DNA of 48,001 nucleotides from NCBI GenBank assembly GCA_018398765.1, contig JAHBMJ010000419.1, forward strand, positions 1-48,001, written 5' to 3'. Below the pieces are notes generated by a model. It did no database searches and was not told the origin of the DNA. It saw only the letters and a list, made by a program, of their open reading frames with translations. The position numbers and the translations under genes are program-made. This DNA is from Chromera velia (lineage: Eukaryota). This document shows positions 37,170 to 48,001 of the stretch, in pieces (positions within the stretch are counted from its first letter, which is position 1; every line of letters begins with the position of its first letter).

Positions 37170-40100
37170 CTACTTGCGTTTGTCTTCTATTCGTCTCCTC
37201 TGTTGCTGGTGGAATTGCTTGACCAGGTCAGGGCATGAGCAGTTGTTCTCATGACACCACAGTAACTCTGGTTGGGCATATCTGACAAATTTGAGGAGAA
37301 ACCAAGTGTTTCCTCTTCTGTCTGTCTTTTTTTTGCACACTCGCTCTACTTCGTATTCTTCTCCTTCCTTAATTTGTTCTTCTCCGACTTCTTCACCTAC
37401 CTCCAATTCAGCCTGCCTTGACAGTCCAGCTGCCATGGCCCCGTCTATAGCAGCTGGCTGTTCTTCCTCCCCCTTCTTCTTTCCTCCTTCCACTCCTCCC
37501 AGGGGGTGGGAGGAAGAGGCTGAAGAGCTAGTTGAAGCGGACGACGCAAGAAGTTCCCTTTCAAGCACTTGTACTTGTTCCTGCCCCTGCTTTGTTGCCT
37601 TCTCTACCATTTCGTCACTCGTTTTGAGGTTCCGACTATAGTAGGGTTTCACCCGTCGTCTGCTCACTACCTTCAGTTTCTGTACCCCTGGTCTCTTGAG
37701 CACCAGAGTCGAGTTCAATCTCACTTGCTCAATCCGGTAAGGCCCTTCCTACTTGGGTGCTAGCTTCTCGCTAACCCCCTTGTGTGAATCAATTCTCAGC
37801 CATACATACTGTTTCTCCTTGTACTCAAATGGCTCATGCGGTCCTCTTTTCCCTTTTTTCTGCTGCTGCCTCTGCAGGATCCTCCTCATCTTGGCTTCAG
37901 CCGCTTCCTGCCAGAACTGCTGCTGCAACCTAGATTCTTTCCGGACCGCCTCCAGGAGGTTGACATAATCCTCTGCCAGGACCCCAGGTTGGTCCTTACT
38001 CAGGTTAGTCAATAGGCGGGTGGGTTTGTTTGGGGAACGACCAAAAAGACAGAAGAAGGGGGACATTCCGAGACCCTCATGCGTTTGTGTGTTTAAAATG
38101 TATTGGGCAAAGGGACAGTATAACGGCCAGTCCCGCTGGTGTTTCTGGATGTAGGCTGATAGAATTTCCTTCAGCCGTCTGTGGAACCGTTCAAGCCGGG
38201 CATTCGTTTGGGGGTTGTATGCAGTGGAGACTATACGGTGGATGTTGCATAAATCACAGATCGCCTGAATGATTAGATCAAGGAAGTTACTTCTCTGGTT
38301 ACTCAACAATTTTAAAGGTGCTCCCCACCTTAAAATGATTCTCTTAACGAGAGCCCTGGCAACCGTTGGGGCCTTTGCATCTGTGAGTGCTACTATTTCC
38401 GTCCATCGACTTGTGCAGTCCATCGCAGTGATGATCCACTTGAACCGTCTGCCCTCTATCTGATTGGACAGAACAAGTAGCCCCACCAGATCGACTGCAA
38501 ACCTCTGGAGCGGTTCGGTGAGTGGTTCTTGGATCACAAATGTGTCTCTGTTTGCTTTCTGCTTCCTCTTTTGGCATGTCTTCCAGGTCTTTACGAACCT
38601 TTTTATGTCAGCAAACATGTTCTCCCAGTAAAGGTCAACCGTAAGGTCTCTGATCATCTTCTGTATCCCTGCATGCCCAGCAACTAAGCAGGTATGGTAG
38701 TTGCTGAGTGCCTCTTCCTGCAGTGTTTTTGGTACGACGGGCAAGAATCGAGTCCCTCTCTTGTGCCTTGACGCTGGGGGCAGCATTTGCAGAAAGAGGC
38801 CTCTGTCCAGCGTATACATGCTGGACTGTACACGCAGTTGGGAATCTACTACCCGATCCCCTCCCTCTTCCTTTCCTTTTTCAGCTAGACACTTAATGAT
38901 CGGTTTCAGTGCTGGGTCTTTTTCTTGCTGCTCTATAAATTCCTTCCTTTCCCAAACATTGTAGAGGGTCTGTTCAGCAGGGAGGGCGGTGACGGGGGCG
39001 ACTACGATTTCGTTTTTGGTATCGGAATCGGGGCGGACAGGAGGCCACCCTTCATGTACGAACGGTTCTCTGGTCAGTCCGTCCGCATCCAGGTAACTTC
39101 TTCCGGGGCGGTGCTCGACTATATAGTTGTATATGCTCAGCTTTAAACTCCACCTGTGTAGCCGGGCATTGGTATTCTTGAAGGAGTCTAGGTAGACAAG
39201 GGCTTTGTGGTCTGTAACCACTTTGAACAAAGCCCCATACAGATACTCTCGGTAGTGATGCACCCCCCAAACGATAGCATACGCTTCAATCTCTGAGATG
39301 GACCATCGAGCTTCAACGGTGGTCAATCGGCGGCTCGTATATGAAATCACCCTTACCTCCCCTTCCCTGTCTTCCTGCAATAGAATGGCTGCTACTGCAG
39401 TCAAACTTGCATCTCTGCGGAGGATAAACCGTTTTGTGAAGTTGGGATAGACAAAGACATCTGCAGAGATCAGTGCTTGTTTGAGTGCTGTGAATGCTTC
39501 CTCTTGCGGTGCCTGCCACATGAAGGGGGTTCCCTTCCATGTCAAGTCCAGCAGCGGGGCAGCTGTGCCACTCAAGTTAAACTTTGGGACAAAGCACCGG
39601 TAGTATCCACACACACCCATGAAGCTTTTTACCTCCTTTGCATTTTTAGGAGCCCTTGCTTCTGTGATGGCTTTCACTTTGTCTTTACAGGGACGCAGGC
39701 CTTCCGGGGAGACCTGAAAATTTAATCCGAGATACCGGATTGATGACTAGCCAAATCGGCATTTTTCAAACACCAGTCTGGCGTTCGCCCCACTCAGTCT
39801 CTCTAACACTTTCCTCAAGTCGGCTAAGTGCTTTAGCCAGCTCTTGCTACTGCATAAGATGTTATCAACATATATGTGTGCGCAGGGAAGGTCGCCAATA
39901 AGGCGGTCAATGGTTCTTTGGAACTCTGGGGGGCTGATGGAGAGACCCATAGGGAGTCTCTTATGTTGGAACTATCCCCACTTCATACAGAAGGCAAGTT
40001 TTGGTCGGTCTCGAATGCGCACTACTAACTGAAAGAAAGCGGACGGAAGGTTTAGGAGCGAGAAAATCTTTTTGTTTTTTAGGGAAGCCAGTATTTTCTT

Positions 40101-41530
40101 GATGTCTCCTAAAGGCCAGTGGTCTCGTGCTATGACTTTGTTGAGGGCTCGAAAATTTACTGTGAGCCTGAGCTTCCCAGAAAACTTCCGCACAAGGCAG
40201 ACGGGTGCCCCCCAGGGGGAGCGAGCAGGCTCAATAATGTCTTACTTGATGAGCTGATCTATAAGCTCCTTTACTTCCCCCTCTAACGTATATGGGATTG
40301 GCCATGGCCAAACATAAATCGGCTTTACGTCTCCCGTGTCGATCTGTATTTCGGGCCCTCTAATTTTTCCGATATCTGTGGGTGTAGGGGCAAGGCAAGT
40401 GAATTCTTGCAGGAGGTCCCACAACTCGATCTTTTGCTCTGGTGTGAGGTCTTCACTCTTCCACAGGGCCTCTTCAATGCTCTGGATGGCTTTTTCTGTT
40501 TGTGCAGATGTAGTTAGCTGTGAGGGAGCTGGGTTTGTTCTGTCAGGGTCTTCATCTACTTCTGTGACTAAGGCGGATATGCCAGGAAGGTCAGGTTGCA
40601 CACTTCTGAGCTCTTCGAGGCTATCGAAACGAGATCGTTTTAAGGGTCTTGCCTCAAAAGGCTCTACCCTTGTTCGTTTTTCTCCTTCTAAATCTGGCAA
40701 AGATGCACATACCGAAACAACAGCCGTAAGCATGAGAGGTTTTACCATACATTCATATGCAGAGCAGTTGCAGGGCGCCACTCGAACAAAGCGATTCACA
40801 ATTTGCGACACGGCTTCATGTACTTCCACTCCCATAGGTAGCTGTTCCCCCTGGGAGCTTGTCAATGGAGACACGCACACCGTGGTCCCATTAGGCATTG
40901 GAGTGCCTTCTGGGATTCTGACATCCAGGTAAGAAAGACAATAGGAAGGGAGTTTTTTTGGAAAAGAGAGAGAGATGAAGAAGAGAAGAAAGCCTTTTTC
41001 CTTTTTCAGCACAGTCATTGGGGTTAAAAAGACAGAAAGAGGGGGAAGCGAGCCTGGTATAAATTAAATTCCTGATTCTTTGAGATACAAGCAGTCTGGC
41101 TTAAACCCCACTCCTTCTGTGTGAGAACAACAAAAATCCATGCCCAAAATGCAAGCATGTCTGGTATTCCTTATCATGTAGAATGTCTGCTTTCTTGCTT
41201 TATCCATAAAAACATGCAAAGTGATCATTCCAACATTCTCTAGGGATTCCCCTCCTTCTCTTTTCAGCCTTATTAGCGATGGATAGGTGCGATAGGATCC
41301 CCTATGCATTGCATTCAGTCTCTCCAGGACCTCCTCCCCCATAGTTGAAACATCACTGCCGGTATCGATCAATGCAGGGATCATGAACGTCTTTTCCAGG
41401 TTAATACACATACTCATCCTCATGACTGTGGGTTGGAAATTGATGTGAGCAACCAAAGCTTCTCCCCCTGGCTCGGTTGGGGCTGACAGAGGCGCCCGAC
41501 TCTGCCCTTTCAAGGCAGGCGTATCAGTGT
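37170..41530 (-). pseudogene. pol: Gypsy pol (protease, RT, RNase H, integrase, chromodomain) with in-frame stops
   Basis: One frame throughout: ALIDTGS (about 41365), SPWGAPV..LRLTVNFRALN, PMGL, YVDN (39861-39872), DAS..EAYAIVW..TDHKAL, H..GH..CQKR, VDLVG..ERFHRRLK, GPY, and chromodomain YEVERV..FLLKFVRY..LLWCHENN. Stops at 41064, 40242, 39972, 39747 and 37749. Confidence 0.95.
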
Positions 41531-42763
41531 TTTTGCTCTGGTGTCGCATCTGCTGCTGGGGCCATCTTTGGAGGCGGTAAGGCCTGCATAGCAGGCCTGT
41601 CAGTAACCATTGGAGGGGGCAGCGATACAGAGTTCTCCACGGCTTCCTTTGGTTGGAATGCCTGCCGAGGAGGACTTCCTTGGGGAGGTGGGGGAGGCCG
41701 CCAAGGCCCTGGCCTGAAACGTTGGTTAGGGGGACCATCGTGGAGAGTAAATCTCCCTATTGGAGGCCCCTTCCAGGGTCGCTTTCTGTTTGGCCCGTTA
41801 CTAAGCCTTGGTTGGGGAAAATCAAAGGCCCTCTGTTGAGGGTCTGGGAAGTCCTGTCTGGGGGGTAGAGCTCTAAACGCTGGGAGTCCCCAGCTAGGTG
41901 CAGCCCTATCCCTCCTAGGGCCATAAGGGCCCGGCCTCATGTGGGAAGGTCTTCCATCAATTCGACTCAACGATAGCCGGGAGGGGCAGACTACTTTGAT
42001 ATGTCCGGCTTGCTTGCAAAAATTACAAATTATCGAAACCGGAATGGGGCAGCCATCTGCAGTGTGGGCATGGGTCCCTGCACACTGGTCGCACCGGGTC
42101 TGTTCGGAGAGTGTCAGAGCTGCGCTGCTCACCATCCTCCAAACCATTTCTTCTGTCATGGGCGGTGCTGACGGCATCTGTGTGGCATTCCTATTTAGTG
42201 GGGAGTCCTCCTCCTCCCCTTCTATCGCCGGAATCTTGAGCCTCTTCACAGGTCTGTCACCCTCTCTAATCGCCAGAGCCTCACGATTCTTCCGTTTCTT
42301 AACCACATCCTCCTACTTCCTCAAGTTCACTTGCAGCTCTTCAAATATTTCATACGTGCGACTTTCTATTTGAATGCGAATCTGATCATCTTCTATGCCT
42401 TCAATGAAGGTGGCTAAGGCAGTGGGGTTGTCTGTGCTCTGATTCGCAGTAGAACACTGCTCCTCAAAGCGGGTAACGTATTCAGAGGAAGTCTCTCCAA
42501 AATTTTGGGTCATCTGAAGGAGGGTTCTCTTTTTCCGTTCTGCCTCCCGCTCGTGAATACCGTATCTGGCTAAGAACATCTCTTTAAGCTGCGTGTAAGT
42601 CGTGCACTCCTCCAACCGCTCAGATGGCTGCATTTCATACCACTGCTTTGTAGGCCCAGCGAGGGCTGTCGGAAGATAAATGTCCCTGAGGTTCTCGAAA
42701 GTCCACCCCAACCTGTCGTTCAACTTCTTTAACGAGTTCCAAAAGCTTTTCGCTTTCATTTTG
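41524..42763 (-). pseudogene. gag: Gypsy gag, 5'-interrupted
   Basis: Retrotrans_gag-like LAGPTKQWY..TYTQLKEMFLARY..MTQNFGETSSEYVTRF and zinc knuckle CNFCKQAGHIKVVC; TAG at 42313. Confidence 0.85.
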
Positions 42764-43494
42764 TGAAAGAAAATGACGCTTCCGTTCTTGGTCAGATTTG
42801 CGGAAGGTGAATTCCGGTCCCAGCCTTTCCATTCGTCCCTTCGCCCCGAGCCAGAGAAAGGAGCGACGCGCACGCGGTGGCCCATCCACACGGGGTGGCG
42901 GGGCGCCTGCGACAGAGGTGTGCATGTTGTGAGTTCTATGGTATGGCCTGCATGCACTTTGGCATAAGAAATATACCCAAGGCACTCAACGTAGTGGTGT
43001 GTGCTCTGGGCCTTCATATGGGATTCAATTAGGCCGATGGTGCGGTTATGCCATCGGAGGCTTCAGAATTAATTCCGGTCCCGAATTAATTTCCAGACAG
43101 TCAGACAGACGTGCACGGCGGTTACCGTCCGTCTGAATGAGAGACGTGACCTTCATGTGTAGGATCTGTACTATGCCCTATGTCTCTCTGTGGTTCTTTT
43201 GTGCTCTAAGTATTGCATGAGGCCACCAGCAGGAGCGTACTGTGGACTGTGGGGGTTTATAAATTTTCTGTCTGGTAAAGAGACTGATCAGATATTTATT
43301 TCGGATTATCTGTATTGGTCTAGACGAGTACACGTTAGGGTGACGTATTTGCTGTGGTCCTCTAATAGGAGAGGGCCAGGAATTCGGGAGTATAACAATT
43401 TGAGGAGTCCTCTGGAAAGGCTAGAGGATCGATACGGGAGGGCCCATAGAATTCTACTAGAGGAATCTCAAGAGAGGTGAGACTCTACTTTTCA
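42764..43494 (+). repeat. Putative 5' LTR of the second retroelement
   Basis: Starts TGAAA where gag similarity stops and ends TTTCA, followed after 1 nt by a PBS-like TGGCACCGTCACGGAGGG (43496-43513); TATA-like TTTATAAA at about 43256. Confidence 0.6.
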
Positions 43495-43583
43495 CTGGCA
43501 CCGTCACGGAGGGAGTCTCCCGTTGTCATTCCGACAACATTCCCCTTGTTGTATTCCCGATTCCTTACTGCAGGTGACTTACC

Positions 43584-46500
43584 ATGGGTCCCAAGAAGGA
43601 CGCTCCCCACAGGTGCGTCTCGATCAAAGGTATGGAGGCGAAGACCGTGGGCGTCTTAGGCCTCACGGACGATGCAGACATCATCAAGTAGGTACGGCAA
43701 TATGCAGATGCTGTTGCCATTCTCGGGGACTCGGACGAATGGTGCAGCGGGCTCACCCTCACCAACAGGAACAAGGTGGGGGTCAACGTCAAGCACTACG
43801 TCGCAAGGACTAAGGTGGAAGTGCTGGAGAAGGTGGTGGAACGGGTGCCCCACCTCAGCTCGGAAGTCTCTGAGCAACTCCGGATTTTCTACGGGCACAT
43901 TGTGGACTGCGTTTCTCCGCCCGATGCGGAGTGGATGAAGAAATATTTGCAGCGGACTGACGTCCTGAGAATGGGCAAGGCGAAGATCATAGAAATCAGG
44001 GAGCTTCTCTCACGCCGAGAGAAGGAGAGAATCTCTGGTCCCCAGTTGAAGTCTCTGAACGAGTAGATCCTCTGCCTGCAGACTCTGAAGCAACCCTCCT
44101 CCCTCTCCCTATCTCGCCCTGTTATGTTTTCTTCAGGTAGGGAGCTCCATGGGGGAGCTTCAATAGAGACGAAAGTGAAGACGGAGGAGGAGACAGGAGT
44201 GATACCAGACACCTCCCGTCAGATGTCCGTCCCCGTGTCCAGTGAGCAGCGTCCGGCCTCTGATGAGTGGGACCGCCGTAGCAGTAGCAGTAGCAGTTCT
44301 AGTGGGGGGGTGCAGGTGGTCGGTGTGCGACCTGACACCACCCTGGTGGAGAAGAAAAGGAAGCAGTACGAGGACCTCGTGGCCCAGATATTGGGTCTGG
44401 ACGCCGCATAGGGTGCTGACAAGCTCCAAATTCTGGAGATCCAGAAGGAGGAGAATGAAGTGCTGAGTGGCATGCCTAAGAGGGACAACTTCCCTAAGGG
44501 GTCTGACGGGAAGGAGGCGTACGCATCAGAGCTGGCATCCTGGGCCGAGAAGAAAGAGGTCTTCGACGCTGGAAAGGCTGATAGAGATACGCTGGTAGCG
44601 ACCCTGCAAGGTCATATTAACCAGTTGGCGTCTGATGTATTTGCTCTGAACGAGCAGGCCGACAAACTCTGCAAAGAGATAGATGTGCTCTCTCCTCCTC
44701 CCCAGGCCAAGGGTATCCCTGGGAGTGCTGCTGAAGGTCGCCTGCCTTCGGTATTCCAGATGACCCCCCTTACGGGTGGGGGGGTGTATCCTGCAGTATC
44801 TCTCCCTGAACCTGCGATCGTGTCTGTAGGTGGGGGGGTGCGTACTGGTGATGTCGGGGCTCCGGGTGCTCCTGACATCTTCTCTTTCCTGGGAGTTAGG
44901 GAGTCGAGTGGAACTCAAGGGAGGCCGAAGTGTGACCCTGAGGATCCCCTTATCGCCTACACCCTGGAGGAGATCTTGACATCGGTCCCCAGGACCTTTG
45001 TGGAGATACAAGATAAGGTTGTGGCGATGATCTTTACGCACTTTTTCAAGACGATCCAATACTCGACCTCTGCTCTCGTCTTGGAGTACGAGAGGATTGC
45101 CTGTAAGCCCTGTCGGTTTAGTACCTACACAGAGCTGCTGGTACATCACAAGCGTCTCCTGAACCACCTGGTTGAGGAGAACATCGTCCATGAGCTTGGT
45201 GTGAAGTACAGGCTCAGGCTCCTGACAGCTTACCTACTAAACGACCTCATTATGAGGTGACAGGAGAGGCAGAACCCGGTGGACCTCACCAGCGAAGTGG
45301 AGATCATTAAGGAGATTCACGTCATCGCTGCCCAGGCTGAGACCTTCAACAAGTCTCTCGGGGATGCCTGGGACCGGGGCCTGGTTAAGGGAGCTCTCAT
45401 CGAGGACTTGAAGAGAGAGTAGGAACAGAAGGCGGCAACCTTCGGTATGAGGGACTCGGGGGGTGCCTCGCGGGGGGGTATCATTTCGAAGGTTCCTTTC
45501 GTAGCGTTCGCGGGGCCTGGAGGAGTCCTGCAGGGGAAGTCCCCTTCTAAGGCAAAGGGAGGGAAACCCTCAGGAGGAAAGACCCCTGACCCTGGTGGGA
45601 AGGGCAGGGGCAACTCTGATCGCGGAAGGCAGGGCGGTGCTGGAGGGGGTTCCGGCAAGGGGGATGGCAGGGGGAGCTCCAATCAGGGGCGCTCTCATGG
45701 GTCCAATTCCTCTGCTCCCTCCAGTCGATACAATGACAAGGGGGTGGAAGGAAAGGACCGTCCTCCCACTCAGGCTATAGTCAACCCCATGGGCCCCAAC
45801 AGGAACCCCGTTCTCGATCGATATGGTGTCTGACACCGGGATGGAACCGGATCGGATACGTTCATCGGGACGATGGTGGGACCTGGAGAAACTCCCATCA
45901 AACCCGGTCAGTGGGATGGAGAGTTTGGGTTTTTGTGGGACAAAGCGTGTTGGGATTCTGCCAGCAGGAAGAGCCTTCCCCACGGGTACCGCGATGGGCA
46001 GTGCCTGAGATGCAACCGTCCGGATGGACATGCAGAGTGGGGGGGCCATGGGGCCTGTCCTTGGATTCGGAAAAAGGACGGCTGCCCAGCGTCTAAAACG
46101 ATGGGCCATGCTCCCAACAACTGCTCTGACGAGAATGCGAAGAAGCGGTGGATGATGAAGCAGATGGACAAGACTGGGCAGGACAGGGGCGGCTTGGGGG
46201 GCGGCCCTAAGGGTCCTCCGGGAGGAGAAGGCCGTGGAGGCGGCTCCGGAGACCGTCGAGGGTCTCCTTATCCTGGTTGTGGGGGCGGCTCAGGGGGGAG
46301 AGGAGGCGGTGGGGGTCGTGGCCGTGGTGGGCGCACCCTTTCTCCTAGCAGGTTCAACAACGAGAACTTCGAGAAGAAGAACTCAGACTCTGGATAGGCG
46401 TAGCGGGGGGGTAGTGTCCCTCCTATGTCCTCGCAGACTGTCGGTCCTGGGGGTCAGAACGACGATGATGATGTCGTAGTAATGGGTGGCATCTCACATG

Positions 46501-46977
46501 GGAAGGGGGACTCGTTTAACCTGACTATCCACGCGTCCAAGGATGAGGAGAAGATCACTCACGGGGAGGGGTCTCTCGGAAAGGTTCGCTTTGCAGACCG
46601 CCTTGGCCTTCCTTTGTGCTATGAGCCGGGAGCCAAGTACTCGCCCAACTATGATACAACGACCTTCCATGTATGGCATGATGGAGCTATGGAGCGCCTA
46701 TCTGCCTGGGATCCTGTTGGGACCCACATGGGGGTCGATGTATGGAGAGAAGGAGTCCGTGAAGCCTGGCAAACGATCTTGTCCGACGAGCCTGAAAGGA
46801 CGGGCTTGGAACGTATGGGGTGGGCTATCTTTCCTGCAGGTTTGGAGACTTGCATGACGGTCATGCAGGCCTTCCAGTTGGAGTTCACTACGGGAGGAGT
46901 CCAACGCATCAGGGACATGATGGAGGAGCAGGACTCCCACCTAGGTGCATCCTGGTAACTTGGTAGTCAGCCAGAAA
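43584..46977 (+). pseudogene. Long gag-like polyprotein frame of the second LTR retroelement, cut by the hAT insertion
   Basis: ORF pieces 43776, 44124, 44460, 45447, 45873 and 46425 are all in frame with ATG 43584. Coiled coil, Gly-rich region, knuckles CLRCNRPDGH..C and CPASKTMGHAPNNC, RGG tail. Nine in-frame stops and no frameshift. Confidence 0.7.
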
Positions 46978-48001
46978 TAGGGGGGTGGTTACCAGGTTGG
47001 CCGGTAACCTGGCCGGCCGAGTCGCGGCGGCGCCGCGGGCCCGCGCCGCGGCCCGATCGACGTCCGTGCGGCCGCCGCGCGGCCTTGGCGCAATGGGGGC
47101 CGCCGCGACCGCGCCCGGCGCGTCAGGCATGCTTGCGATACCCGTGCGCGCCTGTATGCAGTCTCCTGTCGCAATTGAATGTGATCGTTCAGTGATGCAA
47201 AGGTCAGTCACTTTCTTATGTGGAAACGTCGCGATCCTGTGTTGTTGAAACGTTGGTTTTGCTCTTGATTGAGCAGTTGTTCCCCAAAAAAGCCAAACTT
47301 AGAAGTTTCAAGATGTCGAAAGGCAAACTGTTCACACAGATTCCAGCTGTCATTCTTCCTTTACAGGGCGGTGCAGAAGTTGGATCGCAAAAGCCCGGAA
47401 AATGTGCATTCTGTCAGTTTGAGTGGAAATCGGTTCGCATTGACCGTTGTGTAAGACATTTGATAAAGACAGCTGGTTCTGCTGGGTACAACTGCAAGAG
47501 CGTTCCAGAAGACACTGTGAAGAAACTGAAACAGCTTTACCCCCAGTTCGCTCAACCCGATGAGGCGTCCCCAGCTGCCTCGTTGCCTTCTCTCGTAGAC
47601 TCCGAAGCATCACCGGGTGCGTCAAGTGTTGCTGCATCAGCTGCGGGGTCAAGGCGTCATGCAGACTTCCACATGGAGTCAGAGCGACCTCCCAAGAAGC
47701 AGATGACGATTGAGGGCTCTCAGAACGCAACCAACAAGCCTTCCGTACACATGGCTATCTCCCGCTTCTTCATCGAACAAGGACTCCCGTTTGTGAAGGT
47801 TGGAACCCCAGCTTTCAGAGAAATGTTTGAGATGATTGCAAAATACGGGAGGCACTCTTCTGGCTCATACATGGACTGCCCCTCCAGAAACGAGCTTGCC
47901 CACAACCTCTTGAATAAGACCCACTCCTTGAGTGACAGAGAGACCTCCAAGATCATCCATGTGGATGTTTTGCAGAGAAAGTGCACAGTCCAGAAGAGTC
48001 T
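46978..48001 (+). mobile_element. 5' part of a hAT DNA transposon
   Basis: Abrupt switch at TAGGGGGGTGGTTACC (hAT-like TAGGG terminus), then GC-rich palindromic subterminal repeats and a transposase ORF. Confidence 0.7.
47313..48001 (+). CDS. hAT transposase N-terminus (BED zinc finger), runs off the window
   Basis: Open frame absent from the ORF track because it has no stop in the window: KCAFCQFEWKSVRIDRCVRHL..NC (BED-like) and AISRFFIEQGLPFVKVGTPAFREMFEMIAKYG..PSRNELAHNLL (typical of hAT/DUF659-associated transposases). Confidence 0.85.
   Translation, partial: MSKGKLFTQIPAVILPLQGGAEVGSQKPGKCAFCQFEWKSVRIDRCVRHLIKTAGSAGYNCKSVPEDTVKKLKQLYPQFAQPDEASPAASLPSLVDSEASPGASSVAASAAGSRRHADFHMESERPPKKQMTIEGSQNATNKPSVHMAISRFFIEQGLPFVKVGTPAFREMFEMIAKYGRHSSGSYMDCPSRNELAHNLLNKTHSLSDRETSKIIHVDVLQRKCTVQKS

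Larger units (their letters stand above)
31201..42763 (-). mobile_element. Ty3/Gypsy LTR retrotransposon with chromodomain, degenerate; 5' part displaced by a nested insertion
   Basis: Order gag-PR-RT-RH-IN-chromo. Candidate PPT/LTR junction GGGGGAATG|TGTTACG at 31220 and 31329. The left boundary is uncertain. Confidence 0.85.

Noticed and set aside
40929..41009. GTAAG...TTTTTCAG intron-like segment, or an Ogre-type intron between PR and RT
   Set aside because: The clean splice signals are antisense to pol, and the pol frame reads through this stretch
42764..43017. N-terminal 85 aa of the 42313-43017 ORF as real gag
   Set aside because: Not gag-like; best explained as read-through into the antisense LTR of the nested element
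43584..46958. Stop-codon reassignment (TAG=Gln) explaining the in-frame stops
   Set aside because: TAG, TGA and TAA all occur, they coincide with loss of catalytic residues in the neighbouring element, and long host exons (MPDU1, 903-aa ORF) have no internal stops
1..48001. tRNA, rRNA or telomeric repeats
   Set aside because: None recognised by eye; tRNAscan-SE and Infernal were not run

Overview
Eukaryotic, intron-rich and microsatellite-rich nuclear DNA. The style (CA/CT tracts in introns, TGCATGCA motifs, poly-Ala/Gly low-complexity proteins) suggests a chromerid or apicomplexan-related alveolate; this is inference only. Left part: two tandem paralogous pseudogenes, one with a MYND zinc finger and both with a PAM2-like motif. 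Next come a multi-exon gene with two NUMOD1/IENR1-like helix-turn-helix domains (homing-endonuclease-type DNA-binding modules with no visible nuclease), a TA-flanked MITE, and a multi-exon PPR-like gene with a mitochondrial-type presequence. These are followed by a decayed gene interrupted by a non-autonomous hAT element (16-bp TIRs, perfect 8-bp TSD) and an MPDU1/Lec35 PQ-loop gene. Right part (about 31.2-48 kb) is a three-level transposon nest. A chromodomain Ty3/Gypsy element (minus strand, very long 3' region with a 123-bp tandem array) has its gag interrupted by a second LTR element (plus strand), which is in turn interrupted by a hAT element whose BED-finger transposase is open to the window end. 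Several dead ORFs carry many nonsense and D->N changes with almost no frameshifts, suggesting transition-biased hypermutation. All domain calls are by eye; no searches were run.
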